Shown: in pieces, positions 9,204 through 18,185 of the stretch
Position numbering within the stretch: the first letter of the stretch is position 1
Layout: the number at the start of each line of letters is the position of its first letter
Source of the DNA: a virus
DNA length: 64,000 bases
Direction: 5' to 3' (one strand)
Virus record (IMG/VR): IMGVR_UViG_3300035701_000001
Notes under the pieces: generated by a model
The model's input: only the letters and a program-made list of their open reading frames with translations
Databases searched by the model: none
Told to the model about the DNA's origin: nothing
Made by a program: the position numbers and the translations under genes

Positions 9204-9637
9204 ACGACCTGGAACGACGTGGCAATTTTTGCCGGATCTATCAGTGCTCATCCTGTGGTACGGTACTGGCGGATGGCCCCATCGAAGAAACGTACTGGCT
9301 GACGCGAAAACGGAGAATCCAGGCGTGGGTATTTGGGTTGATCTCCTTCGGAGTCCTGCTTCTTCCTCTTTTTGAAAGAAATCCGAATGGAAAACCTCCC
9401 AAATTCGACAGGCCCCCCTCCTTCTTGATCTGCCCTCGGTGCGGAGCCGACAACGACAAGCTGGAGATGAAGTTCGCGGCTTGGGTCTCGACCTCCCACT
9501 GGTTTCTGCCCTGGACCTGGGGACGGGGATCCTGGCTCTTGCGGGAGGATTTCCAGAGGCTTCTGACCGGAGAAGACGAGAAGCCGGAAGGAGGAGAACT
9601 GACCTTGATGAAGGGAGGGAAGAGAAAGTCTGTTTGA
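9200..9637 (+). CDS. membrane protein with two CxxC motifs
   Basis: CSSCG, TM segment, CPRCG; stop TGA lies inside the TTGACA of P2. Confidence 0.7.
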   Translation: MNDLERRGNFCRIYQCSSCGTVLADGPIEETYWLTRKRRIQAWVFGLISFGVLLLPLFERNPNGKPPKFDRPPSFLICPRCGADNDKLEMKFAAWVSTSHWFLPWTWGRGSWLLREDFQRLLTGEDEKPEGGELTLMKGGKRKSV

Positions 9638-9662
9638 CACAGGCCGTGTCATCCAGTAGATT
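9634..9662 (+). promoter_or_regulatory. sigma70-like promoter P2 with operator TGACACA-GGC-CGTGTCA
   Basis: TTGACA-17-TAGATT; palindrome 9635-9651. Confidence 0.85.
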
Positions 9663-9679
9663 TCCCCTCGGAGGTTCCC

Positions 9680-10018
9680 ATGAAGATGCAGCGCTTCATC
9701 ATCCGATTCGTCTCCGAATGCGAGATGACCGTCTACGCCCCCGAGGGGACCGATGCGGAGGACATCGAGGAGATCGCCACAGAAATCGCCCAGTCTCCCT
9801 CCATCCATGGCTGGGATTTCCCCGAGTTCCAAGTGGACGTCCATCCACGGGACCTCGTCGATCTTTCCGAGTCCGACCGGCTACGGTCGGAACCGAACGC
9901 CCACGGGTTCCGAGCCGTCCTGTCCGGCCCTCTCGCGGACAAAGACACCGTGGTCCTTTCGGATGGGAAAGACGATCTCGTGGCGCCGGAAGACGCCACG
10001 TGGTGGGAAGCACCATGA
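9680..10018 (+). CDS. acidic hypothetical protein
   Basis: GGAGG SD; first gene after P2. Confidence 0.75.
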   Translation: MKMQRFIIRFVSECEMTVYAPEGTDAEDIEEIATEIAQSPSIHGWDFPEFQVDVHPRDLVDLSESDRLRSEPNAHGFRAVLSGPLADKDTVVLSDGKDDLVAPEDATWWEAP

Positions 10019-10248
10019 AGTGGAAGAAAGTCCAACGGGAAGAGTCCAAGCTCGTCCTGCCCGCTCGGGTCTATAAAGCAGGACAGTGGATGGCCATTGT
10101 TGGCTTCCTCCTCCTCGCCTTTTCTTCTTGGATTGGACCCTTCCTCGACTCCTGGCTTCCCCGCTGGACTGCCCTCCTTCCCTCTCTCCTTCTCTTCGTT
10201 GGGCTCGGTGTCCACTTCCTCTGCGTTCCCGAGGAGAAGGAACCATGA
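10015..10248 (+). CDS. small two-TM membrane protein
   Basis: ATGA-coupled; hydrophobic. Confidence 0.7.
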   Translation: MKWKKVQREESKLVLPARVYKAGQWMAIVGFLLLAFSSWIGPFLDSWLPRWTALLPSLLLFVGLGVHFLCVPEEKEP

Positions 10249-10481
10249 AAAAAGGGGATTGGATGTGGAACAAGCCCTGGAGACTCGGGCTCATGGTTCT
10301 CACCTTCGGACTCTTGTTCGGAGGATGGGGGTGCATCTACCTCGTTCTTCTCCCAATCAAAGGAGGAGAGGGAGAAGCCGTCGCGTTCGTCGGCTGGCTT
10401 CTCCTCTGCTCTGCCCTCGGGAATGGACTGGCCCGGTTCGGAGAACGAAAGGGGCTAGACGGAGAAAAGGAGGAGCCCTGA
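10245..10481 (+). CDS. small two-TM membrane protein
   Basis: ATGA-coupled; hydrophobic. Confidence 0.7.
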   Translation: MKKGDWMWNKPWRLGLMVLTFGLLFGGWGCIYLVLLPIKGGEGEAVAFVGWLLLCSALGNGLARFGERKGLDGEKEEP

Positions 10482-10714
10482 TACCCGGAAAACCCATCCT
10501 CTCCCCCTGGAGAATCCTCCTCACGTTCCTGTTCTACGGATCGGTTCTCGTCCTGTTCGGGCTCGTCCTCTTCACCAACTTCCTCGCGGATTCAGAAACA
10601 GGAAGGCTCGGGTGGATCCTCCTGGTCTTCTACGGGTGCGGCTTTCTCATCCAGAGACTCATCCGACTCGGAAGACGGATGGGATTCGAGGAAGAAGAAG
10701 GAGTGGAATCCTGA
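10478..10714 (+). CDS. small two-TM membrane protein (CTG start inferred)
   Basis: AGGAGG SD, CTGA overlap, similarity to the preceding gene. Confidence 0.6.
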   Translation: MIPGKPILSPWRILLTFLFYGSVLVLFGLVLFTNFLADSETGRLGWILLVFYGCGFLIQRLIRLGRRMGFEEEEGVES

Positions 10715-10802
10715 TGCCTGCACGAATGCCCGGAAGGGACTGCCTTCGAAGACCTTCTGGTTGTCTGTCTAGTACAAAGTCGTCCATCCGGAGGATAGGC
10801 AC

Positions 10803-11087
10803 ATGCTGGAAGTAATCTCTTGGATGTTGGAAAACCCAAACTGCGTGGTCAAAGTTCTGGTGCAAGGAACAACAGTTAAGATCGAACTCCCCGTTCTCGA
10901 CTTGGGGGTGTGGGTCCGAAACGGTGTCCTAACCCATCCGGGAAGCCACCAGTTCACGCACAGCGGTGAAGAGGAACTCGTGCTGTTCAGATGGGATGAA
11001 AGTGCTCATCCTACGTTTGCCCGCGAGTTCGCTACCCTTTGCTGTGTGAACGGCATCTTTCAGTTCTGTCCCCCTATGAACGGGTGA
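10803..11087 (+). CDS. hypothetical protein
   Basis: GGAGG SD. Confidence 0.65.
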   Translation: MLEVISWMLENPNCVVKVLVQGTTVKIELPVLDLGVWVRNGVLTHPGSHQFTHSGEEELVLFRWDESAHPTFAREFATLCCVNGIFQFCPPMNG

Positions 11088-11184
11088 TGGAGACCGCACA
11101 CGACGTCCTCTTCGCAGGTGGACAACAGGAAGACGACCGGGGCAGAAACCTGGAACTCGACGGAGAAAAAGAGGTGAAATCCTG

Positions 11185-11349
11185 ATGCCTGCACGCTGGA
11201 AATCTTCAGAACGGTGGTTCTTCGCGGCCGTCATCGCCATCGTCATCCTGGGGTCCACCCTCGTCCACTGGATCGACCAGGCCTGGCCCGATCCACCTCC
11301 CTGTGACTGTTCCTGCGAAGAGTTGGCCCCCGGAGCGACCTCCCCATGA
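11185..11349 (+). CDS. small single-TM protein
   Basis: MPARWKSSERWFFAAVIAIVILG; TGA overlaps ATG 11346. Confidence 0.55.
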   Translation: MPARWKSSERWFFAAVIAIVILGSTLVHWIDQAWPDPPPCDCSCEELAPGATSP

Positions 11350-11756
11350 TGGCCGAGCTTGCCCTGGCCGCAGGATGGGGACTCCTCCTCGGGGTCCTGG
11401 TGGGCCACTTCTGGCCCCGCCACAAGGATCCATACAACCCATTGCACCCTCCGGTTTGCATCGGACAGGTCTGGAGGGATGCTGAGGGCAACGAGGGTGC
11501 CGTGTACGAGTTCGACTTCGACGATGTCCTGGTGGAATGGAAGAACCCCTCTGACTGGGGGACTTCTGTCAGCCCCTATTCCCCCATGACTCGTCGCAAG
11601 GGGAAACCTGCATCCCTGCGGGGACTATGTACACTCGCACGGGATGAACGGGGAAACGAGCCCGAGTTCCATCGGATGGAGAAAGCTTTACCAGGGGCTG
11701 GTGATCTCACACTCCTCCAGAATCCCGAGAAGAAAAAGCTCCGCGAGGTGCGATGA
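11346..11756 (+). CDS. hypothetical protein with N-terminal TM
   Basis: ATGA-coupled. Confidence 0.7.
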   Translation: MMAELALAAGWGLLLGVLVGHFWPRHKDPYNPLHPPVCIGQVWRDAEGNEGAVYEFDFDDVLVEWKNPSDWGTSVSPYSPMTRRKGKPASLRGLCTLARDERGNEPEFHRMEKALPGAGDLTLLQNPEKKKLREVR

Positions 11757-12091
11757 TGAATTCCCGTTCTCCCGGCGTCGGAAATCCGCTCACGTTCTGC
11801 TGCTGGAACTGCCGACGGAACAACCGAAAATTCGAGAACCCCATTCCGGATGGCCGAATCGACCAGGTCCTGATCATCGGCAAGACCCGGAAGAACCATG
11901 CCCTCCTCGGTCGAGAAGCCTCTTCCCCAAGGATGCGGAAAATCCGGGTCCAATACCGCTGCCTGGACTGTGGGCATGTCGGATGGTCTGCGCATGTCGA
12001 CCTCGTGAACCGGTTCGAGCAATGGCAGGCAACAATTCCCCAGGAATCCATCCCCTTTCCGAAAAAAGAAGAGAGGAACGAAACTTTATGA
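11753..12091 (+). CDS. zinc-binding hypothetical protein
   Basis: CWNC and CLDCGH motifs. Confidence 0.7.
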   Translation: MMNSRSPGVGNPLTFCCWNCRRNNRKFENPIPDGRIDQVLIIGKTRKNHALLGREASSPRMRKIRVQYRCLDCGHVGWSAHVDLVNRFEQWQATIPQESIPFPKKEERNETL

Positions 12092-12369
12092 GCCATGAAC
12101 CGCCGAGTGATCTGGACCGTCTGCAGGCATCCCTCCAGGGCATCGAGGAGGCAATCCAGGATCAGACAAAGGTAATTTCAGAGCTTCATCATGGATTCCA
12201 TACCGCTCTTGCCGAGGAATACCTGGAACGTGCGGTGAGTGCCGAAAGGAAGTGGAAGGAACTCGATGCCAAGCTGCGGAACCTGGCCGGGAAGTGGAAG
12301 AAAGCAAACTGCAACACATCCTTCGATGTCTGTGCTTGTGAATTGCTCTCCTTGTTGGACAAGTCATGA
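12088..12369 (+). CDS. coiled-coil hypothetical protein
   Basis: ATGA overlaps at both ends. Confidence 0.7.
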   Translation: MSHEPPSDLDRLQASLQGIEEAIQDQTKVISELHHGFHTALAEEYLERAVSAERKWKELDAKLRNLAGKWKKANCNTSFDVCACELLSLLDKS

Positions 12370-12662
12370 CCTGTGAAAACTGGACCCCAAGCCTCTGGCG
12401 TACTCTCATCGGCGAATACCTGGAGGTCAAGCCAAGTCTCGTCGCAAACCGGATGACACCCAACGACATGACGGCACGGCAACAGGTGGGCCTCTACCTC
12501 AAGTCCTTCGGAGGCAACGCCCTCGTGACGTTTCGCTCCCTGCCTCGTGACGTGCAACGGGGATACCAGAAGCAGTGGCCCGAGTTCGAGGGGCTCCTGG
12601 AGCAGTGCATCCAGGAAGGACCCGGAAATCCGATGCCGCCTCCTGTCGATTCGGAGATCTGA
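12366..12662 (+). CDS. hypothetical protein
   Basis: ATGA-coupled. Confidence 0.7.
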   Translation: MTCENWTPSLWRTLIGEYLEVKPSLVANRMTPNDMTARQQVGLYLKSFGGNALVTFRSLPRDVQRGYQKQWPEFEGLLEQCIQEGPGNPMPPPVDSEI

Positions 12663-12695
12663 CAGAGAGATTCACAAAAATGCAAGCAGAACATC

Positions 12696-12724
12696 TTGAA
12701 ACCGGACGTGTCCTCGGGTAGAGG
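12696..12724 (+). promoter_or_regulatory. possible promoter with degenerate operator
   Basis: TTGAAA-17-TAGAGG with half-site CGTGTCC in the same position as in P1-P8. Confidence 0.45.
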
Positions 12725-12759
12725 AGGGTGGAAACGCAACTTCCACGGAGGAACAGGCC

Positions 12760-13062
12760 ATGTACAGACCCGGATGCGTGAGACAGGCTCCGATGATGCC
12801 CGCGATAGGCATGGGGGACTCGATGAAGAGTGCCAACCTCGCGAAGGTCGAGAACGGCTTCATCGTGACCCTCTGCTACCCGAAGAAGTTCGAGCCTTCT
12901 GCCGAAGAGCGAAAGCTGATGGAGAAGTACGCCGGATCATGCGAGGGGCCTCCGCTCGGACTCGGAGAACTCGACTTCGGAAACCAGATGGTCGAAGAGA
13001 CCCATGTGGCCAAGACCTGGGACGAGGCGGTGCAGATCCTGGCCACCTGCATGGCCACCTGA
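12760..13062 (+). CDS. hypothetical protein (KVENGFIV motif)
   Basis: Open frame; true start may be further downstream. Confidence 0.7.
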   Translation: MYRPGCVRQAPMMPAIGMGDSMKSANLAKVENGFIVTLCYPKKFEPSAEERKLMEKYAGSCEGPPLGLGELDFGNQMVEETHVAKTWDEAVQILATCMAT

Positions 13063-13076
13063 CAAGGCGAGCCGAT

Positions 13077-13334
13077 CTCCGCGTTTTCCGCGTTCTTTGC
13101 GGTAGAAAAGAACGGAGGGATCACCACGAAGAACACGAAGAACACGAAGGATCGGATGGGCCGGACTCCGCGTTCTCCGCGTTCTCAGCAGTAGATTTCC
13201 TCTCCGGATTTCTACCACGAAGAACACGAAGGACATGAAGGAAGACGGAGGACCCTCTGATCTCCGCGTTCTCCGCGTTCTCAGCGGTAGAAAAGACTGA
13301 AAGAACCACCACGGAGGACGCGGAGGACACGGAG
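13077..13334. repeat. Repeat cluster R2: three imperfect palindromes
   Basis: Units at 13077 (loop 19), 13166 (loop 21), 13262 (loop 19); same arms as R1. Confidence 0.95.
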
Positions 13335-13381
13335 AGCACACCAGTCCAAACGGTTTCTCGACCTCTTGCCCATGAAACGGT

Positions 13382-13410
13382 TCGACACAGCCTGTGTCAC
13401 AGGGTAGAAG
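13382..13410 (+). promoter_or_regulatory. sigma70-like promoter P3 with operator CGACACA-GCC-TGTGTCA, heading the paralogue array
   Basis: TCGACA-17-TAGAAG. Confidence 0.8.
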
Positions 13411-13430
13411 AGGGGAGAGGTTTCTCTCCA

Positions 13431-14000
13431 ATGTCCAAAACGAAGGACAAGACCCAGAAAAACAAGGTCCGAAAGGACAAGACCCGGTTCGTCTCCGTGC
13501 TCTTGCACCCTCCCAAGGGAGATCCACAGGGACTCTTGAGGGAAGGACCACTCGGGGCTCGGCCCCCCATGGCCTGGCTCTCGAAGACGAGCGAACGAAA
13601 GCACGAGGAGTGCCTGGATTGCGATCCCTGCTTCGAACTGCACCGGGAAGGCTATAGCCATTGCACGGTGTGTGAAGAGGAATGGCCGTGCAGCCAGGTG
13701 GGTAAGGTCGAGGTTCCTGCAAGCAAACAGTGGAAGCCCTGCGAGGGGTGCCCCCCCGAGAAAGAACGGTGGAGACCCTGTGGAGGGTGCCGGGGAGATG
13801 CCATCGTGCTTGCCTGGGAAGGCCAGGTCATCGAGGGGGGCTGTACGTGGCTCACCATGAGATACCCATCGAGAATGTTCAGCACCCTTTACGTAGATGT
13901 TGTCTTCATGCTCAAAGAGCAAACCGATTTCAGTTCCCTTCGCGCGGTGGGAGAGGTTGTCCTGCTCGATGCGAACGGCAAGGAGGTGTTCGGTGACTGA
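13431..14000 (+). CDS. Array A paralogue A1 (GARPP/ALVLAWEG family), Cys-rich insert
   Basis: LLREGPLGARPP...AIVLAWEG...GEVVLLDANGKEV. Confidence 0.85.
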   Translation: MSKTKDKTQKNKVRKDKTRFVSVLLHPPKGDPQGLLREGPLGARPPMAWLSKTSERKHEECLDCDPCFELHREGYSHCTVCEEEWPCSQVGKVEVPASKQWKPCEGCPPEKERWRPCGGCRGDAIVLAWEGQVIEGGCTWLTMRYPSRMFSTLYVDVVFMLKEQTDFSSLRAVGEVVLLDANGKEVFGD

Positions 14001-14415
14001 CCCCTCCGCCATCCTGCTCGTTGCCACATCCGAACACGGCAAAGCCCTGTTGCGAGAGGGGCCGTGTGGAGCACGCCCCCCGATGGTCGTGCTGGGAGGG
14101 AAGGGCCGAGACGGTCCGGCACGGTGGCTTCCACGCGACCAGGCAGACTGGACAACGACCAATCGGAGATGTCCCATGTTGGGGCGGGATTTCGGCGGGG
14201 GCCATCGTGCCGTTACCGCTCTTGTTCTCGCCTGGGAGGGGGAAAACGTCCCCGAAGGCTGGGACCGCCTCACCCGTGTCGCGCCGAAGGTCTATCTGTC
14301 CCGTCTGAACTTCTTTCCCGACGGTGCGCTCGCCTGTGCGCGTGCGTACGAACGGGCCGGATTCGGGACCGTCGTCTGCCTGGGAACGGACGGCAAGGAG
14401 ATGTCCGATGGCTGA
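13993..14415 (+). CDS. Array A paralogue A2
   Basis: GTG start overlapping A1 stop; LLREGPCGARPP...ALVLAWEG...GTVVCLGTDGKEM. Confidence 0.85.
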   Translation: MTDPSAILLVATSEHGKALLREGPCGARPPMVVLGGKGRDGPARWLPRDQADWTTTNRRCPMLGRDFGGGHRAVTALVLAWEGENVPEGWDRLTRVAPKVYLSRLNFFPDGALACARAYERAGFGTVVCLGTDGKEMSDG

Positions 14416-14941
14416 CCCCTCCGCCATCCTGCTCGTCCCTACACCCGAGTATACCGAGGTTCTCTTCCGTACTGGCCCCTGTGGAGCCCGACCTCCACTG
14501 GTCGGTCGCTTTGCGGTCGCAGGGACCGCGAAGTGCCCTCACTGCCAGAAAACGCTTCGCTACAGCCCCCCTCCAACCGAGCAGACCTCCGATCTCTGGT
14601 GTTGCGATTCCTGCGACCAGTCGTGGTACGAACGGCAGATCTACGACTTCTCGGAGCATCGCTGGGAAACCTACCGGGGCTGGAAACCGGTTCCCATGCA
14701 GTGGGATCGCTGTGCACTGGTCCTTGCCTGGGAAGGCAAACCGTTGGAAGAAGGCCTTTTCCGTGCAGTCCGTGCACTGGGAAAGGACCATGGAAGGCTC
14801 GAACGGATCCAGGCGTACCTGAACTGCATCGAAATGAGGGGGATTCCCGATCTCCTGGAAACCTGCCAGTACCATAGGCTTGATACGTTGGGCACGTTGA
14901 TCCACCTCGACGCGGAAGGCAAGGAGGTCTCCGGTGGCTGA
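14408..14941 (+). CDS. Array A paralogue A3, zinc-ribbon insert
   Basis: MADPSAILLVP...GPCGARPP...CPHC...CDSC...ALVLAWEG...LDAEGKEV. Confidence 0.85.
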   Translation: MADPSAILLVPTPEYTEVLFRTGPCGARPPLVGRFAVAGTAKCPHCQKTLRYSPPPTEQTSDLWCCDSCDQSWYERQIYDFSEHRWETYRGWKPVPMQWDRCALVLAWEGKPLEEGLFRAVRALGKDHGRLERIQAYLNCIEMRGIPDLLETCQYHRLDTLGTLIHLDAEGKEVSGG

Positions 14942-15359
14942 CGTCCATGCCCTCTTGCTCGTCCCCCCCAAGAGAGATCCGAAGGGCCTGCTCCGCGAAG
15001 GACCCTGCGGGGCAAGGCCTCCCAATGTCCACTGGACGACCTGTCCGGTGCACGGGCGCAGTGCCCTGGTCTCCAACGACAAACTTCCACCCGCACCTTG
15101 CCCTGAGTACGCCTGCGGACCCATCCACACCCACGAGGCCCTCGTGCTTGCGTGGGACGGACAGCCGGTGGACGAGGGAATCGACCGGGCCGTCCGGGTT
15201 TTGGGTTTTCACCGGAGCCATGTCTACAAGATCGTGATGGCCCATCTGGGACTGCTGAAAGGCCCCGAGAACCTGCTGCGCTGGTTGCGGGACGATTCGG
15301 TGAATCTCGGTACGCTCATCCGGCTCGACGAAGATGGAAAGGAGATCTCCGATAGCTGA
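14934..15359 (+). CDS. Array A paralogue A4
   Basis: GTG start; LLREGPCGARPP...CPVHG...ALVLAWDG...LDEDGKEI. Confidence 0.85.
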   Translation: MADVHALLLVPPKRDPKGLLREGPCGARPPNVHWTTCPVHGRSALVSNDKLPPAPCPEYACGPIHTHEALVLAWDGQPVDEGIDRAVRVLGFHRSHVYKIVMAHLGLLKGPENLLRWLRDDSVNLGTLIRLDEDGKEISDS

Positions 15360-15768
15360 CCCCTTCGCCGTCCTGTTCGTTCCCACCGAAGAACATCGGG
15401 AAGCCCTGCTGCACCGTGGCCCGTGCGGAGCCCGGCCGCCGATGGCACAAATCAACTCTCTTCTCGTTGGTGACAAATGGGTGCCGATCTGGGTCGAGGT
15501 GACGTATGAGTATAGACCTGGATTCGCACTCGTTCTTGCCTGGGAAGACAAGTCCGTTCTCGAAGGGCTGGAACGACTGCACCACCATGCAACGGAGTTC
15601 TCCCTCGCTGAGAAATGCCGATGGAAATGGAACCTGAAGGCCCCTTCGGACTGGATGGTCCCTGACCAGGTTTTCGAAGTCGTACAAGTCGCCCGGCTTG
15701 CCGAGGAAATGGGGCTTGGAACCGTTGTCTGCCTCGATGCGGAAGGCAAGGAGATCTCCCATGGCTGA
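15352..15768 (+). CDS. Array A paralogue A5 (ATA at the homologous start position)
   Basis: IADPFAVLFVP...GPCGARPP...ALVLAWED...LDAEGKEI; alternative ATG at 15334. Confidence 0.75.
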   Translation: MADPFAVLFVPTEEHREALLHRGPCGARPPMAQINSLLVGDKWVPIWVEVTYEYRPGFALVLAWEDKSVLEGLERLHHHATEFSLAEKCRWKWNLKAPSDWMVPDQVFEVVQVARLAEEMGLGTVVCLDAEGKEISHG

Positions 15769-16195
15769 TCTCTTCGCCGTCCTGCTCGTCCCCTCTCCCG
15801 AGCACCTGGAACTCACGCTCGATGGTCCCTACGGAGCCCGGCCCCCAACGGCCCGTGCCTTCACGTGCCCCGTGCACGGTCGGGGCCCCTGGTACGTCCA
15901 CAACTACGCGCTGAGCACACGCTGCTGCAGTTCCGTGAAGGCAGATTCCACCTGTACGAAAGATTGTCCTCCCACCGTCGGCCTCGTGCTGGCCTGGGAC
16001 GGAAAACCCATCGAGATGGGCATGTTCTATGCAGTACGCGCTCTCGAAAAAGCCATCGGTAGACGCCACGAAATTTTTGTGTCCTGGCACTGTGTCGACA
16101 TGGACAACGTGAGGAATCTGCGACATGACTGCCTTGGCCATGAACTTGGAAAGTTCCTCAGTCTAAACGCCGATGGACGGGAGATGAACCCATGA
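15761..16195 (+). CDS. Array A paralogue A6
   Basis: MADLFAVLLVP...GPYGARPP...CPVHG...GLVLAWDG...LNADGREM. Confidence 0.85.
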   Translation: MADLFAVLLVPSPEHLELTLDGPYGARPPTARAFTCPVHGRGPWYVHNYALSTRCCSSVKADSTCTKDCPPTVGLVLAWDGKPIEMGMFYAVRALEKAIGRRHEIFVSWHCVDMDNVRNLRHDCLGHELGKFLSLNADGREMNP

Positions 16196-17262
16196 GCGAT
16201 GTGGGAACTCCCATTCTACTGACGCGAGACGCCTTCCGAACTGCCGTGTTCGAGCGGGACCAGTACCGGTGTGTGCTCTGCGAAAAACCAGCCGCCGATG
16301 CCCATCATATCCTCGACCGTCGTCTCTGGCCCGACGAGGGCTACTACCTGGAAAACGGGGCCTCGGTCTGCCCCGAGCACCACATCCTATGTGAACAGAC
16401 CGTAGTCTCCTGCGAGGAACTCCGGGAACGGTGTGGTATTACCCACGCCATCCTTCCTCCGCACCTCTACGATGACGGGGACTCCCACTATGACAAGTGG
16501 GGCAACCCGATCCTCTCGAACGGAATGCGGATGCGGGGGGAACTGTTCTTCGACGAGTCCGTCCAGAAAGTCCTCGTGGAAGGAAGGGTTCTCGGCCTCT
16601 TCACCCAGTACGTGAAATATCCGAGGACGTACCACCTCCCCTGGAGTCCTGGAGTCACAAAAGACGACCGGGTGCAGACCGATCTTTCGGCCTTCAAGGG
16701 GCAGGAGGTGGTGGCAACCGTCAAGATGGACGGGGAAAACACGACTTTTTACCGGAACTATATCCACGCCCGGTCCCTGGAGTACCGGCCACGGGTAGAC
16801 CGCGACCGGGTGAAAGCCCTCCATGCGGTCCTTTCCCACGAGATCCCTTATGGATGGCGCATTTGCGGCGAAAACCTCTGGGCAGAGCACAGCATCCGCT
16901 ACGAGCACCTTCCGTCCATCTTTCAGGTCTTCTCGGTCTGGGACGATCAAAACCACTGCCTTCCGTGGGACGAAACGGTGGAATGGGTAGCCATGCTCGA
17001 TCTACATATGGTTCCAGTGCTGTACCGAGGCCCTTGGGATGAAGCCCGTGTCCGGTCGCTCTATGTCCCGACGTTTCAAGACGAAGCGTGCGAGGGGTTC
17101 GTGATTCGAGTCACTGCAGGGTTCCGCTATGGGGAATTCCGCCGGAAAGTCGCCAAGTACGTCCGGGAGGGGCATGTCCGGACACAGGCCCATTGGACCC
17201 GTTCCATCCGACCCAATGGTCTTCGGATCGATACTGAAGGAAAGGAGACTCCCCATGTCTGA
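16192..17262 (+). CDS. HNH-like domain fused to an ATP-dependent RNA ligase
   Basis: N-term RDQYRCVLC...AHHI...NGASVCPEHH; ligase motifs YPRTYHLPWSPG, KMDGEN (I), ICGE (III), FQVF (IIIa), EGFV (IV), VAKYV (V). Confidence 0.9.
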   Translation: MSDVGTPILLTRDAFRTAVFERDQYRCVLCEKPAADAHHILDRRLWPDEGYYLENGASVCPEHHILCEQTVVSCEELRERCGITHAILPPHLYDDGDSHYDKWGNPILSNGMRMRGELFFDESVQKVLVEGRVLGLFTQYVKYPRTYHLPWSPGVTKDDRVQTDLSAFKGQEVVATVKMDGENTTFYRNYIHARSLEYRPRVDRDRVKALHAVLSHEIPYGWRICGENLWAEHSIRYEHLPSIFQVFSVWDDQNHCLPWDETVEWVAMLDLHMVPVLYRGPWDEARVRSLYVPTFQDEACEGFVIRVTAGFRYGEFRRKVAKYVREGHVRTQAHWTRSIRPNGLRIDTEGKETPHV

Positions 17263-17650
17263 TGTGTGGACCATCCTGCTCATTCCAAAGAAAGAGGACC
17301 CGTTTGGAATCCTTCGGAGAGGACCGTTCGGAGCCCAGCCCCCGACTCTGATGAACTTCTCATCCAACCCGACCTCGAACAAGTCGGGGAGATGGGACTG
17401 CTCGGTTCACATTCCAGATCAGCCAGGTTGGAAATCTCCACCGGAAGCACTCGTCCTCGCCCACGAAAGGGGTGTGGTCGAGGAGGGGGTTGTCTGGCTC
17501 GCAATGCGGTGTCCACCGATTGTCTACGGAAACCTGTACGGCCCGATCTTCGGCATGCTCAAGGAAGGATGGGTGTACGAACCGCTTGAGGAGGTGGGTA
17601 CGGTCCTCCTGCTCGACCGGGAAGGGAAGGAGATCCAGCCGAGAACATGA
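17255..17650 (+). CDS. Array A paralogue A7
   Basis: MSDVWTILLIP...GPFGAQPP...ALVLAHERG...GTVLLLDREGKEI. Confidence 0.85.
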   Translation: MSDVWTILLIPKKEDPFGILRRGPFGAQPPTLMNFSSNPTSNKSGRWDCSVHIPDQPGWKSPPEALVLAHERGVVEEGVVWLAMRCPPIVYGNLYGPIFGMLKEGWVYEPLEEVGTVLLLDREGKEIQPRT

Positions 17651-17687
17651 AACGGGAGATCCTGTTCGAATTCTTGGGAGGTGTCCG

Positions 17688-18185
17688 ATGGGTGACGGGA
17701 AGGCGATTCTGCTGATTCCAGCCAAGGGAGACCCGTTGGATCTGCTGGCAGAAGAGGGACCCTGTGGGGCTCTTCCGCCCAGAGCATGGTGCCACCGGAC
17801 TCCTGCTCGGGTCCACGAAGCATGCCAGGACTGCGATGATCTGCGTGATCTGCACCAGGGAGAGGACGGAGACTGGTGCTTCCACTGCACGGAGTGCCAC
17901 GAGCGATGGCCCTGTCTGGAGGCTGGTAAGGAGGTCGAGCCTCCCTCCGAGACATGGGAACCGGGTGGACGGTTTCCCGATGCCCTCGTGCTGGCCTGGG
18001 ATGGAAAAACACTGGGTTACGGCTGCCTGTGGCTCGCAGAAAGAGCCGGTCACGTGGTGCCTGGCTTGATCCGAGGCAAGGTTGACTTCCTGCTCTCAGG
18101 TATCGGAGACATGCCGGGATTCCTCGGGGAGTACGGAACCGTCGTCCTACTGGATGTGGAAGGCAAGGAGGTTTCCCGTGGTTGA
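17688..18185 (+). CDS. Array A paralogue A8, insert related to A1
   Basis: AILLIP...EGPCGALPP...CTECHERWPC...ALVLAWDG...LDVEGKEV. Confidence 0.85.
   Translation: MGDGKAILLIPAKGDPLDLLAEEGPCGALPPRAWCHRTPARVHEACQDCDDLRDLHQGEDGDWCFHCTECHERWPCLEAGKEVEPPSETWEPGGRFPDALVLAWDGKTLGYGCLWLAERAGHVVPGLIRGKVDFLLSGIGDMPGFLGEYGTVVLLDVEGKEVSRG

Noticed and set aside
8939-13334. CRISPR array interpretation of R1/R2
   Set aside because: Units are 73-bp palindromes separated by only 12-21 nt of related sequence; no cas genes seen.
17647-17715. 22-codon mini-ORF between A7 and A8
   Set aside because: Too short to support; A8 has its own GGAGG SD.
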